64,000 bases of DNA, from positions 64,001 to 128,000 of the forward strand of contig JAWCKZ010000001.1 of the NCBI GenBank assembly GCA_038851325.1, given 5' to 3'. The translations under genes were made by a program, and so were the position numbers. This DNA is from Candidatus Bilamarchaeaceae archaeon (lineage in GTDB: Archaea; Micrarchaeota; Micrarchaeia; Anstonellales; Bilamarchaeaceae). The notes below the pieces were generated by a model that did not search any database, was not told where the DNA came from, and worked only from the letters and a program-made list of their open reading frames with translations. This document shows, in pieces, positions 20,530-30,811 of this stretch (position 1 is the stretch's first letter; each line of letters starts with the position of its first letter).

Positions 20530-21372
20530 ATGAGAAGACTTCTACTATCATTGTTGATTTTAGGGATGCTAGTTCTCATCGGTTGTATTGGTGGCGGCGC
20601 AAAGAAATGCCAGACAAATGCAGATTGCCCGCCCTATCAGGAATGCAATGTAACCAGCGGTACATGCGAACTGAAGCCTGGCTACTGCAACACTGACGCC
20701 GAATGTGGCGATGAATTAATGACATGCAATACGAATACCCATATCTGCGAATTTAAAGCTGGAAGATGCCGGTTTGATAAGGATTGCCCATCATGGCAGG
20801 TCTGTAACGCTGAACAAAGATGCATAGCAGCTCCAGGGTATTGTGATTCTGATGCGCAATGTAATACTACATTTGAGTATTGTAACCCAACAAGACATAC
20901 GTGTTCTCCAAAACCAGGTTACTGCACTGCTGACACAGATTGTGCAGGATGGGAAACGTGTAAGATAAGCGAAGGAAGATGTAGACCAATAAGCGGGAGA
21001 TGCAATGTAGACGGCGATTGTGAAACCTGGCAACTCTGCGATCTGAAGACGCATTGGTGTAAAGCTAAACCAGAGTATTGCATAAACGATGCAGATTGCG
21101 GCACATGGGCCACTTGCGATACAAGTACACATAGATGTAGGGCACGGCAAGGGTATTGCTCAATGGATAACGACTGCAATGAATGGGAATATTGCAGCAC
21201 AACTACACGGAGATGCACGCCACGAAAGGATCACTGCAATACAAATGCCGACTGCGGTGCATGGCAAGTTTGTGTGAACCACTTCTGTGCTGCTAAAACA
21301 GGTTATTGCAATACAAATGATGACTGCGTAGCTGGCGAGGTTTGCAATCAGCAAACGCATATGTGCCAATGA
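20530..21372 (+). CDS. Secreted/lipid-anchored cysteine-rich repeat protein (10 x ~26 aa)
   Basis: Signal peptide ending LIGC; ten CxxD/NxxC-x5/6-C-x4-6-C units. Confidence 0.85.
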   Translation: MRRLLLSLLILGMLVLIGCIGGGAKKCQTNADCPPYQECNVTSGTCELKPGYCNTDAECGDELMTCNTNTHICEFKAGRCRFDKDCPSWQVCNAEQRCIAAPGYCDSDAQCNTTFEYCNPTRHTCSPKPGYCTADTDCAGWETCKISEGRCRPISGRCNVDGDCETWQLCDLKTHWCKAKPEYCINDADCGTWATCDTSTHRCRARQGYCSMDNDCNEWEYCSTTTRRCTPRKDHCNTNADCGAWQVCVNHFCAAKTGYCNTNDDCVAGEVCNQQTHMCQ

Positions 21373-21389
21373 TGGAGGCTCTCTAAAAC

Positions 21390-23438
21390 GTGGCGGACAT
21401 GGAACTTGTTGTAGCAGAGAAACCTAAGGTCGCACAAAAAATAGCGACAGCGATATGCAAGAATCTGCAAAGAAAAATATACAACAATATTCCATACTAT
21501 CATGGCGAGCGCAACGGAAAAGAAATTATTGTCGCATCAGCCGTAGGGCATGTTTATGCCCTTGTTGAACGAGAGAGAACAAAAAGCTATCCTGTTTTTG
21601 ATGTTGTGTGGGCGCCTGCTTATAAGGCATCAAAAGGTGCGGCTTACACAAAACAATACATCGCACTTCTAGAGGAACTTGGCAAAAAAGCAGATATTTT
21701 TGTGTCGGCGTGCGATTACGACATCGAAGGCTCCACGATAGCATACAATGTCTTCAGATTTGCCACAAAAATAAGAGAAGGCAGAAGAATGAAATTCTCA
21801 GCACTAACAACCAGAGATCTTTCAGAAGCTTATGAAAACATGGGTGATTTTGACTACAATAACGCATATGCCGGAGAGGCGCGGCATATCCTTGATTGGT
21901 ATTACGGTATAAATCTCAGCAGAGCACTCATGGCATCCTTAAGAACAGCAGCACGTCATAAAATAATGAGTATCGGAAGAGTTCAAGGCCCGGCACTTGA
22001 TATCCTCGCCACGCTAGAGAACGAAATTAGGGCATTTGTGCCAGTTCCGTATTGGGTACTTACGATAAGTGTAAAGAATACAGCATTCACGCATAAGAAG
22101 AGACAATTCTTTGATGAAAAAGAGGCGGAAACCTCTTTACAGAGAACGGCAGATGAAGGAAGGGTTGTTAATATCAAGAAAGAGACTGTAAAGTTGTGGC
22201 CTAATCCGTGTTTTGATCTCACGAGCCTTCAAGTAGAAGCGCATAGGGTGTTTGGTTTCAATCCATCGAGAACGCTTCAACTTGCACAGACACTTTATGA
22301 GGATTCGCTCATTACCTATCCAAGGACATCGTCGCAACAAATTCCACCTACGATAAATCTCCACGCAATTCTGAAAAAACTGAAAGACATAGAAGAATAT
22401 AGAGAACCTGTGAGCAAGATAATAGAGAATGGGTGGTTTAGGGTGTTTCAAGGAAAGAAGGAAGACCCTGCCCATCCTGCGATCCATCCTACTGGTCTCA
22501 AACCTGAACGACTCGATAAGGAAAGCGCAAAGCTGTACGATCTCATAGTCAGACGTTTCCTCGCAGCCTTCGCCCCTCCTGCCGAGAAGGAGAATACTTT
22601 GGTTGAGATTGATGCTGGTGGAGAGTTATATGACGCGACTGGAAGCCATCTGAAAGAGCCAGGTTGGATCAATTTTTATGGAAAATATTTTAAAAACAAA
22701 GAGAAGGAACTTCCAGAATTTGAAGAAGGGGAAATTGTAGAGATAAAGAAAAAGAAAAAAACACAAAAAGAAACACAACCGCCGAGAAGGCATACACAAG
22801 CATCAATGGTATCAGAGTTGGAGAAGAGAAAACTCGGAACAAAGGCGACAAGAAGCGTCATAATAGACACTCTATTCAAAAGAGGTTACATAACTGGAAA
22901 ACAGATAGAGGTTACAGATTTTGGTCTTAAGGTGCGCGATATCTTGAAAAAATATGCGCCAGAGATCTTGGATGAAGAACTCACGAGAAAGATAGAAGAG
23001 GATATGGAAAAGATACAGGAAGGGAAAATAGAGAAGGAGGAAGTGATAGCTGAAGGAAAAGAGATCCTTATACAAATTCTTGACAAATGGAAAACAAACG
23101 AAGAAAGGATAGGTCGTGAACTTTCAGAATCGTTAAAACTTACAGAGAGCAAGGAGGGCAGCGTTGGACGATGTGATAAATGCGGCGGAGAGCTCAGAAT
23201 TATTCGAATGAAAGGTGGAAAGCAGTTTATTGGATGTTCAAACTACCCAAACTGCACAAATACCTACCCTCTTCCCCCGAGTGCGTTTGTAAAACCAACA
23301 ACAAAAGCATGCTCTGTATGCGGCAAGCCGGTTGTGCTTGTTCTGAAAAACAAGAGTAGATTTGAAATGTGTATTGATATAAAATGCCCTTCAAAAGAAA
23401 AATGGAGGCGAGGGAATAAAGATGAGAAAGATTCTTGA
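21390..23438 (+). CDS. topA: DNA topoisomerase IA
   Basis: AEKP, DYDIEG, GRVQ, ITYPRT, C-terminal Zn ribbons. Confidence 0.96.
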   Translation: MADMELVVAEKPKVAQKIATAICKNLQRKIYNNIPYYHGERNGKEIIVASAVGHVYALVERERTKSYPVFDVVWAPAYKASKGAAYTKQYIALLEELGKKADIFVSACDYDIEGSTIAYNVFRFATKIREGRRMKFSALTTRDLSEAYENMGDFDYNNAYAGEARHILDWYYGINLSRALMASLRTAARHKIMSIGRVQGPALDILATLENEIRAFVPVPYWVLTISVKNTAFTHKKRQFFDEKEAETSLQRTADEGRVVNIKKETVKLWPNPCFDLTSLQVEAHRVFGFNPSRTLQLAQTLYEDSLITYPRTSSQQIPPTINLHAILKKLKDIEEYREPVSKIIENGWFRVFQGKKEDPAHPAIHPTGLKPERLDKESAKLYDLIVRRFLAAFAPPAEKENTLVEIDAGGELYDATGSHLKEPGWINFYGKYFKNKEKELPEFEEGEIVEIKKKKKTQKETQPPRRHTQASMVSELEKRKLGTKATRSVIIDTLFKRGYITGKQIEVTDFGLKVRDILKKYAPEILDEELTRKIEEDMEKIQEGKIEKEEVIAEGKEILIQILDKWKTNEERIGRELSESLKLTESKEGSVGRCDKCGGELRIIRMKGGKQFIGCSNYPNCTNTYPLPPSAFVKPTTKACSVCGKPVVLVLKNKSRFEMCIDIKCPSKEKWRRGNKDEKDS

Positions 23439-24603
23439 CTATGATGTAAATGGAAAAAGCATTCTTCTCCGGGTTGATTTAAATTCTCCTGTAGTGAATG
23501 GAAAAGTCATCCTCAACGAAAGGATTTCAACACATGTTAAAACTATGGATAAGCTGAGCAGAAGAGGCGCAAGGGTCATAGTGCTTGCGCATCAGGGGAG
23601 GAAAGGTGAACCAGATTTTGTGAGCCTTAGGCAACATGCTCATTATATTACCAATATCTTAGGCAAGAACATCACATTTGTCCCAGACCTCACTGGCCCA
23701 AAGATTAGTAACGCTCTGAAATCCGCAAAGAACGGTGATATTATTCTCCTGGAAAACGTGCGGTTTTTAGAGTCCGAAGAGAGGGAGAGCGGAGAGATCG
23801 TAAAGATGCTCACTCCATTAGCAGATTATTTTGTTCTTGATGCCATGAGTGTTGCGCATCGAGCGCATGCGAGTGTTGTCGGTTTCACGAAAACACTCCC
23901 ATCATTCTATGGCCCTGTACTTGCTGAAGAGGTGGATGCTATCTCAAAGGTTATGAGTGCGAATGATGTCACGTTCGTTCTTGGTGGTTCAAAAGCAGGA
24001 GATTCGCTTGGTATTATAGAAAACTGGATGCGAACTAAAAAAAGAGGTAGATTTTTACTCGGTGGCGCGCTTTCGCTTTTGTTTCTAAAATCAAAGGGGT
24101 TTTTCCTTGGCGCATCTGAAGAATTCTTAAAAAAGGAGAACCTATTGGAACATCTTGAGGATGTCAGAGCAATTTGTGAAAATGAAAATATTACTCTTCC
24201 TCACGACGTTGGGGTTTGCGTCGATGGGAACCGTATCGAAATTCCCGTTGGAAGTATAACGCAAGGAAATGTTTGGGACATAGGAAAGAAAACGGCAGAG
24301 CATTATGCTGGTATAATCGCTAATTCCAGCGTGGTTGTTATGAACGGCCCGATGGGGGTATACGAGATGAAAGGTTTCGAGATCGGCACAAAGATTGTTT
24401 TAGAAGCAATAGCCAACAGCAAATGCTTCTCCTTACTTGGTGGCGGGCACACTGTCTCTGCACTTGAAGCGCTTAAATTTGATAAAAAGTTGTTTGGGTA
24501 TGTTAGCCTCTCCGGAAAGGCACTTATAAAATACCTTTGCGGAGAAAAACTTGTTGCCCTGAAGGCACTCGAGGACAATGAAAAAAACTTTATGGTTAAA
24601 TAG
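23422..24603 (+). CDS. pgk: Phosphoglycerate kinase
   Basis: RVDLNSP, AHQGR, LLENVRF, AHRAHAS, NGPMG, GGGHT. Confidence 0.95.
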   Translation: MRKILDYDVNGKSILLRVDLNSPVVNGKVILNERISTHVKTMDKLSRRGARVIVLAHQGRKGEPDFVSLRQHAHYITNILGKNITFVPDLTGPKISNALKSAKNGDIILLENVRFLESEERESGEIVKMLTPLADYFVLDAMSVAHRAHASVVGFTKTLPSFYGPVLAEEVDAISKVMSANDVTFVLGGSKAGDSLGIIENWMRTKKRGRFLLGGALSLLFLKSKGFFLGASEEFLKKENLLEHLEDVRAICENENITLPHDVGVCVDGNRIEIPVGSITQGNVWDIGKKTAEHYAGIIANSSVVVMNGPMGVYEMKGFEIGTKIVLEAIANSKCFSLLGGGHTVSALEALKFDKKLFGYVSLSGKALIKYLCGEKLVALKALEDNEKNFMVK

Positions 24604-25762
24604 ACTTCCTTGTGAGCTTTTTGTAGATAGAAAGGAATCTTTTTACCACATTCTCAATCTCATATCGTTTGGCTTCTTTCTTACCGAACATGCCAAGCCT
24701 TTTCCGTAATTTTCTGTTTTTGAGAATGCGTATCACGTTCGTAGCAAGGGCTACCTCATCACCAGGTTCGGTAAGCAACCCTGTTTGCGCTCTTATTACA
24801 CTGGCGGCACCAAGTCTTTTCACTCCAACAACAGGCAACCCAAAGTACATGGCTTCAACAAACGTTAGTCCAAATGTCTCACTGTCAGATGCGGACACAA
24901 AAACATCTGCAGTTTTATAAAGTAATGGGAGAACGCGATCAGGGACAAAACCAGTAAACAGGACACCCTTAAGCCTCATAGCATTTGCAAGTTTTTTGTA
25001 GTCGGCAAGGTATGGACCGCTCCCAGCGATCACCAAACACGCGTTCGGAACTTCTTTTTTCACCAGCCTGAAGGCGCTAAGCAAAACTTCTATCCTCTTC
25101 TCGAAACTTATCCTACCAACGTAGAGCACCAAAAGAGCATCATTTGGTATGTTGTAAAATTTTCTGATATCCTGCCTTGTAGACACATTTTCGAATTTTG
25201 AAAATGAGATCCCGTTTGGAATGTAATTAACATTTCTTATTCCGTATCCTTCCAGCTCCCTTTTCAGAGCAGTAGTCGGCGCGGTAACAACATCAGCCTG
25301 CGAAAAAACTATACCAACGAGCTTCTGCACTGGGATTTTTGCCATATCAGCAATCCACCCTCTCAGAAGCCCTTTTGAGAGATGCGGGAGATAGTCTGGA
25401 AAATGCGTATGGTAAGTAGCTACAACAGGTATACGCATTTTTTTGCCAACCAGAAGAGCCCTTAAACCAAGGAGCACTGGGGCGTGAAGATGGATAACAT
25501 CTGGCTTTTCAGCTGCAAGGAGTTCTGCGATTTTTTTCCTTCTTATTGTGGCCATTCTATAGCCTTCATAAAAGGGAAAAGGAAGCGCTGGGACTGAATA
25601 TACTCTTATTCCTCCCTTTTTCTCAATTTTTAATTCTCTATCTCCAGGTGCAAAGAGCACCACCTCAGCATACTTGGAAAGCACTGGAAGAAAATCTGAA
25701 AGAAATGTAACAACGCCATTTTTTTGAGGATAATAGGTATCTGTGAATAAGGCTACCTTCAT
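24596..25762 (-). CDS. Glycosyltransferase family 4
   Basis: FTDTYYPQKNGV, YHT, GRISFEK, ETFGLTFVEAM. Confidence 0.92.
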   Translation of the reverse strand: MKVALFTDTYYPQKNGVVTFLSDFLPVLSKYAEVVLFAPGDRELKIEKKGGIRVYSVPALPFPFYEGYRMATIRRKKIAELLAAEKPDVIHLHAPVLLGLRALLVGKKMRIPVVATYHTHFPDYLPHLSKGLLRGWIADMAKIPVQKLVGIVFSQADVVTAPTTALKRELEGYGIRNVNYIPNGISFSKFENVSTRQDIRKFYNIPNDALLVLYVGRISFEKRIEVLLSAFRLVKKEVPNACLVIAGSGPYLADYKKLANAMRLKGVLFTGFVPDRVLPLLYKTADVFVSASDSETFGLTFVEAMYFGLPVVGVKRLGAASVIRAQTGLLTEPGDEVALATNVIRILKNRKLRKRLGMFGKKEAKRYEIENVVKRFLSIYKKLTRKSI

Positions 25763-25776
25763 ACTCTTTTAGCCCC

Positions 25777-26802
25777 TCAATCCTTCACGATTGCATATCC
25801 GTTTTGGTCTATAACGATTTTTACCGTCCCCAACTTATATGTCTCATAATACGTCATGTGATATTGCTCTTGCTCCATCACTCTCTTAAAAGGAAGCCGT
25901 GTGGAACCCTCGACCTCCATCGTCTCATCAGAGCAGCCACATATAATTGCATTCCTTGGTTTGCTTGCTTGAAGGAAAAAGGCTATATTTGCAGTTCCAG
26001 CACCGACGCCGTAATAGGGTGCTTCAATCACATCCGCTTTTATTTTCTCTCTGAAGGTATTCACGATGTCTCCCTGCGCACCGGTTTGTATGTTCGATAG
26101 AAGCAAGACGGTTGTATTTCTATCAGATAGCAGGAGCACAACAGCATCATTATTAACATCATCAAACTGTGGTTCCTTTGGATTGAGAGCTTCAAATTTT
26201 ATCCCATTAAACTCGCGTTCGTATCCTCTTTTCACAATAACAGTATTCTCTGCTTTCTCGCTTACGGCTTCCACAGTCGAACGATAGTCTTGTGAGAGAG
26301 AAACACCGCCCCACCAAAACTCTTCTATCTGGTAAACAGCAGCAATCGATAACAATCCGCCATATCGACGTGGGTCCCCTGCTGTTGAAACGAGAACATC
26401 TATGTCATCCACACCCTTTTTTCTTAACAAATCAAGAACACGACCGGATGTTGTTGTGGACCCGGCATCTATGAGCATATCAAAATCTCCTTTTTTTATG
26501 AAAATTGATGAGCCGTGTTCTCCGCTGGAGTAATCGCATACATCAATAAAGTAGACACCGAGCTTTTCAGATGGAGCGTATGTATAATTCACACCTACTT
26601 CCTCAATCTTTTCCTCAGTTATATTTTCCTCTGTTTCTCCATAGCTTTCATTTCTTATTTGAGTGATATTTTTCTGGGGCTCTGTTACGATTATGATTGT
26701 TTTATTTTTCTCTGTTTCATTAACAGGCTGCTGTGTCTCCCCAACGCAACCAAGAGCACACACGAGCAAGATTATTAACGCCAACAAAGTCAATCGTTTC
26801 AT
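25777..26802 (-). CDS. Lipoprotein with ComEC/Rec2-type metallo-beta-lactamase fold (degenerate active site)
   Basis: ALGC lipobox-like; YFIDV, MLIDAG, DDIDVLVST, NNDAVVL; His motifs replaced. Confidence 0.75.
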   Translation of the reverse strand: MKRLTLLALIILLVCALGCVGETQQPVNETEKNKTIIIVTEPQKNITQIRNESYGETEENITEEKIEEVGVNYTYAPSEKLGVYFIDVCDYSSGEHGSSIFIKKGDFDMLIDAGSTTTSGRVLDLLRKKGVDDIDVLVSTAGDPRRYGGLLSIAAVYQIEEFWWGGVSLSQDYRSTVEAVSEKAENTVIVKRGYEREFNGIKFEALNPKEPQFDDVNNDAVVLLLSDRNTTVLLLSNIQTGAQGDIVNTFREKIKADVIEAPYYGVGAGTANIAFFLQASKPRNAIICGCSDETMEVEGSTRLPFKRVMEQEQYHMTYYETYKLGTVKIVIDQNGYAIVKD

Positions 26803-28298
26803 AATGATACCTTTTCGTGTACGATGTTTTCTTCTATCTTGTCAATGAGCTCTTTTATATTCACCCGTTCCTGTTTTCCATCATTTCTATATCTTATTGT
26901 GACGGTGTCGTCCTTTAAAGTATCATAGTCAACCGTTATAGCGTACGGAACGCCTATTTCATCAGCCCTCGCATACCGTCTACCGATACTTCCGCTCTCG
27001 CTGTACAGAATAGACAACTCTTTTCTGAGTAATCGCGCAACATCTCTTGCTTTCTCATCAAGTCCATCGCGTTTCATTAATGGATAAACTGCTGCATCGT
27101 AAGGTGCTATTGCTGGGCGGAAGTCGAACCATTCCCAATCCTTGTCTAAGCTTGCCTCCCTGAGAGCATGTTCCAATACGCAAAAGAACAGTCTGTCTAC
27201 TCCGAGGGAAGCCTCAAAAACATGCGGGATTATCTTTCTCCCTCCCAGAGACACTGCAAAATTTTCTCCGCTGAACTTTGCATGCTGTGAGAGATCAAAA
27301 TCAGTGCGATAGGCGTTCCCTATAGTTTCTATTATACCAAAAGAAGTCTCTACCTCCATGTCTATATTTCTTCTTGAATAGTGCGGGGTTTCCTCTTCGC
27401 CAAGGACCCGGAAGTACATCCTAAGTTCGTCTACCCCGACAGCTTTGTAGAACTTCCACTCCTTTACAAGAAAATAAGCAAAAATCTCGTTTGGCACTAT
27501 TCCCTCGGCCACGCACTCATCGGCAGTCTTTATCTCCGTCTTTCCATTGATCATAAACCTCATCTTATAATCGGCGACATCTACAAATCGAGGTATCTCC
27601 TGATTCTCAGGATCAAAGAAATACTCTAACTCCATCTGCGTAAATTCTCGCATTCTGATCAATCCTTTACGGGGCGATATCTCGTTGCGGAAACTACGAC
27701 CGATCTGACCAATCGCCATCGGAAGTGCAGTTCCATGGTTTCTGAAAAGTCTTGGGAAGGCTGTAAAAATACCCTGAGCAGTTTCTGGGCGCACATAAGC
27801 TGGTGCTCTCTCAGCCCCTATACCGGTAGCAAACATAAGGTTAAACATGCGCGCGTGCGAGAATTCAGAACTGCATCTTGGGCATTTCAGTCCATTCTCC
27901 TCAAGGGCCTTATTTAGACTTTCTATCTTTCCATCCCATTTAAAATCGCTTATCGTATCTGCTATAAAGGAGTCGGCACGAACCTTTGTGCCGCACTTTT
28001 TGCACTCAAATATGGGGTCTGCAAAGTTATCAACATGCCCGGATGCTTTTAGGATAATCTCTGGAGTGATGAGTGCAGACTCTACTTCAAGAAATCCTTC
28101 TTCCTGTATAAACATCTTGCGCCAGAGCGCCTCTATCTTGCGCTTTATGGGTGTACCAACCGGCCCGTAGTCATAGAGCCCGCCGGTTGCACCGTATGGC
28201 TCGTTTGAGGGATAGAAAAAAGATCTTTTGAGTGCCAAATCAAAAATCTTCTCATACAGCTTCATAAAATCACTAATAGCCATTTCTGATGTTTGCAA
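26799..28298 (-). CDS. glyS: Glycyl-tRNA synthetase (archaeal/eukaryal type)
   Basis: YDYGP, SGHVDNF, RPETAQG, FRNEISPR, GSIGRRYARADEIG. Confidence 0.96.
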   Translation of the reverse strand: MQTSEMAISDFMKLYEKIFDLALKRSFFYPSNEPYGATGGLYDYGPVGTPIKRKIEALWRKMFIQEEGFLEVESALITPEIILKASGHVDNFADPIFECKKCGTKVRADSFIADTISDFKWDGKIESLNKALEENGLKCPRCSSEFSHARMFNLMFATGIGAERAPAYVRPETAQGIFTAFPRLFRNHGTALPMAIGQIGRSFRNEISPRKGLIRMREFTQMELEYFFDPENQEIPRFVDVADYKMRFMINGKTEIKTADECVAEGIVPNEIFAYFLVKEWKFYKAVGVDELRMYFRVLGEEETPHYSRRNIDMEVETSFGIIETIGNAYRTDFDLSQHAKFSGENFAVSLGGRKIIPHVFEASLGVDRLFFCVLEHALREASLDKDWEWFDFRPAIAPYDAAVYPLMKRDGLDEKARDVARLLRKELSILYSESGSIGRRYARADEIGVPYAITVDYDTLKDDTVTIRYRNDGKQERVNIKELIDKIEENIVHEKVSL

Positions 28299-28303
28299 AG
28301 AAC

Positions 28304-29032
28304 TTAATCAACCTTGTTTATCTTTATACGCGCCTTCATGGTCGGAAAACTCAGATCAAAATAATCACACTCTCCAGGCTCGCGCATAACAATGCTGGCG
28401 TTCTTTCCAGGACTTATCACACCCGTATCAAACAGCGGCAGGCATGTCGCCGAGCGCGGGTACCCGCCCTCATTTACCCAGGTTACTGTATCTCCAACAT
28501 TCACGGTTGCAGTTGCAGGCTCGTATGAGAAGTCTTTTATTTTAATCACATGCTCCACGGGAGTATACTCTGTTATTACCTTTCTAACATAAAATCGCAC
28601 AGACCTGCTTATCTTCGGGGTGTAAGAGCTGCCATCGTTGTGAACAAGCTCTATTCTTAGAACATGTTCCCCTTCCCCGACATTTTCGAGCGTGAATACC
28701 TTTTTGTATTCAGAGAAGCGCTCGCTCTCGTCCAGCGTAACCAAAAAATGTCCTTCCCCTATTTTTTTAGCGCCTCCCTCTCTAATAACAAGGTTCTTCG
28801 TACTCAGTACAACCTCAACAGCGCTCACACCCTCTGAAGTCAGAAAAACCTCGTCATCATCTGGTGCGACGATAGTAAATGATGGAAGTTCTACAACTGG
28901 TTGCGGTTTAGTTATGTTTTCAGTAACATTCGTTGTCTCTTGAGCCTCGCCACCGATGCACCCGGCCATAAGCAGGAAGACTGCGAATAAAGACAGAGTA
29001 AGCATAGCGTCTTCTTTCATAAAATCGACCAA
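28304..29032 (-). CDS. Lipoprotein with C-terminal cupredoxin-like domain
   Basis: MAGC lipobox-like; IKDFSYEP..VGDTVTWVN..FDTGVISPG..PTMKARI. Confidence 0.75.
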   Translation of the reverse strand: MVDFMKEDAMLTLSLFAVFLLMAGCIGGEAQETTNVTENITKPQPVVELPSFTIVAPDDDEVFLTSEGVSAVEVVLSTKNLVIREGGAKKIGEGHFLVTLDESERFSEYKKVFTLENVGEGEHVLRIELVHNDGSSYTPKISRSVRFYVRKVITEYTPVEHVIKIKDFSYEPATATVNVGDTVTWVNEGGYPRSATCLPLFDTGVISPGKNASIVMREPGECDYFDLSFPTMKARIKINKVD

Positions 29033-29089
29033 CTATTCTAATACGCCAGAAGGTTTATATTCTCTTTTATTCTATAGCCAGACGGGGGT

Positions 29090-29839
29090 GTGAATATGAA
29101 AATCGTTGCAGCAGACGCATCATCTTTAAAGGCAGCTATAGACGCCATCGTTAATCTTGTAGAGGAGGGGGAATTTGAGGTTCTTAAAGATGGGCTTTAT
29201 CTGAAGGCTATGGATCCGTCACAAATTTCGATGGTTTCATTTAAAATGCCAAGAACAGCATTTGAAGAGTACGCTATAACAGAGGATAGCAGAATAGGTG
29301 TGGACATCATCCAACTCTCAAATGTACTTTCAAGGGGAAGGCGCGGGGAGAAAGCCGAGTTGGGTGTGGACGAAGGCAAACTTGTAATAAAGTTTTATGC
29401 GGCAAAAAGAAAAAGGACATTCAAAGTTCCACTACGCGAAATCGGAGAAAGAATTCAGAAAGAACCTAGGATAGATTTTAGAAATTATGTTGTTGTGAGG
29501 GCAGAAGCAATGAAGGAAGCACTTAAGGATGCAAAGCTCGTGAGCTCCCATGTGCGGTTGGCTTTAAGTCCATCCGAGTTTTCTATTGAGGTGAGAGGCG
29601 ATAGCGGGGATGTAAACGAGCAGTTCGAAGTTGGAGGGGAAGAGGTGGTAGAAATAAAAACGACTCAAGGTGCAAAAGCAACCTTCCCGCTCCAGTACCT
29701 TGAAGACATGATGAAGGCGTCAAGCAGCGCTACACCAGTAAAAGTCTCTTTAGAAACTGACAAACCACTCAAGCTTGAATACGGTATCGAGGGTGCGGAG
29801 GTTACTTACTATCTAGCCCCGAGAATAGAGACAGAATAA
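29090..29839 (+). CDS. pcn: DNA polymerase sliding clamp PCNA
   Basis: AMDPSQISMV, PLKLEY, YYLAPRIE. Confidence 0.96.
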   Translation: MNMKIVAADASSLKAAIDAIVNLVEEGEFEVLKDGLYLKAMDPSQISMVSFKMPRTAFEEYAITEDSRIGVDIIQLSNVLSRGRRGEKAELGVDEGKLVIKFYAAKRKRTFKVPLREIGERIQKEPRIDFRNYVVVRAEAMKEALKDAKLVSSHVRLALSPSEFSIEVRGDSGDVNEQFEVGGEEVVEIKTTQGAKATFPLQYLEDMMKASSSATPVKVSLETDKPLKLEYGIEGAEVTYYLAPRIETE

Positions 29840-29913
29840 GAAGGCAGAACTGCTTTAAGAACGGATTTAAATATTTCTGGACAAAAAATTATAAGAAAGC
29901 GGGGTGGGTGTAG

Positions 29914-30795
29914 GTGAAAAAAATCGACTGCTTAGAAAAACATATAGACGAAAGCGCAAAAAGGCTTGAAGAGCTCGATGGCGCAAAGCAGGACGAATAC
30001 GAGCTGCCATATTTTTCAAAAGATGTTCCCCTGTCATCCCAGAAAAGACGTTCCGGACACTTAATGACAGTCACATATAACTGGCAAAATCTTTACGAAA
30101 CGACCATGAAGATAAAGGAGATAACATACGAAGAAAACGCCGGACTCGCAGAGCTTTACAAGATCCCTTTGCATGATGGTGTAGACCGAGGCGCATTTAA
30201 TTTCAGAGGGAATGTATATACGATATATAAGGTCAGTGAGTACGCAGCCAAGAAAATATACGAAAATGCAAAGATGGTCACAGAAATTGTAGAGAAGATA
30301 GTTGGATACTTCAAAACAATGCTTGGAAACTTTTATATAATCGGAAAGATTGAGCAGGAGGCGTGGGTGTTTGATGAAGAACGCAAAGCAGAAGGTATAA
30401 ACATCTTGAATGTTTCATCATTAAGAGAGGATTGCAAAAGAACACTTTTCGAGCGAACCTTGGAAAAGATCGCTGACCTTCACCTCAACGACTTCATTCT
30501 TGGAAACTTTTCAATTAATAGTGTGATGCTACACGATAAGAAATTGCTCTTCTCTGATTTGAGAATGCTTAAGAAAACAAGGAAATTGTCATTTTTAGTA
30601 CGGGAATTCCAAAAGGTTATCTCTGTACTCTGCACGAATGGTATTGTGGCTGAACAGGAGCAGATTGCATATGCTGTCAGGTACTATGTAGGCGAAAACC
30701 CAATCGCATCAAAAGAGTGGTTTAAGGAAGAAACAAAAAGAGAGCCAAAGGATGACGAGGAGATAGCAGAGCTCCTTGAGCGCAAGTTCTGTTAG
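29914..30795 (+). CDS. Hypothetical protein with degenerate kinase-like C-lobe
   Basis: IADLHLNDFILGNFSINSVM...LFSDLR resembles the LH..HGD..N..D pattern. Confidence 0.55.
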   Translation: MKKIDCLEKHIDESAKRLEELDGAKQDEYELPYFSKDVPLSSQKRRSGHLMTVTYNWQNLYETTMKIKEITYEENAGLAELYKIPLHDGVDRGAFNFRGNVYTIYKVSEYAAKKIYENAKMVTEIVEKIVGYFKTMLGNFYIIGKIEQEAWVFDEERKAEGINILNVSSLREDCKRTLFERTLEKIADLHLNDFILGNFSINSVMLHDKKLLFSDLRMLKKTRKLSFLVREFQKVISVLCTNGIVAEQEQIAYAVRYYVGENPIASKEWFKEETKREPKDDEEIAELLERKFC

Positions 30796-30811
30796 AATTG
30801 TAAGAAGAGAA

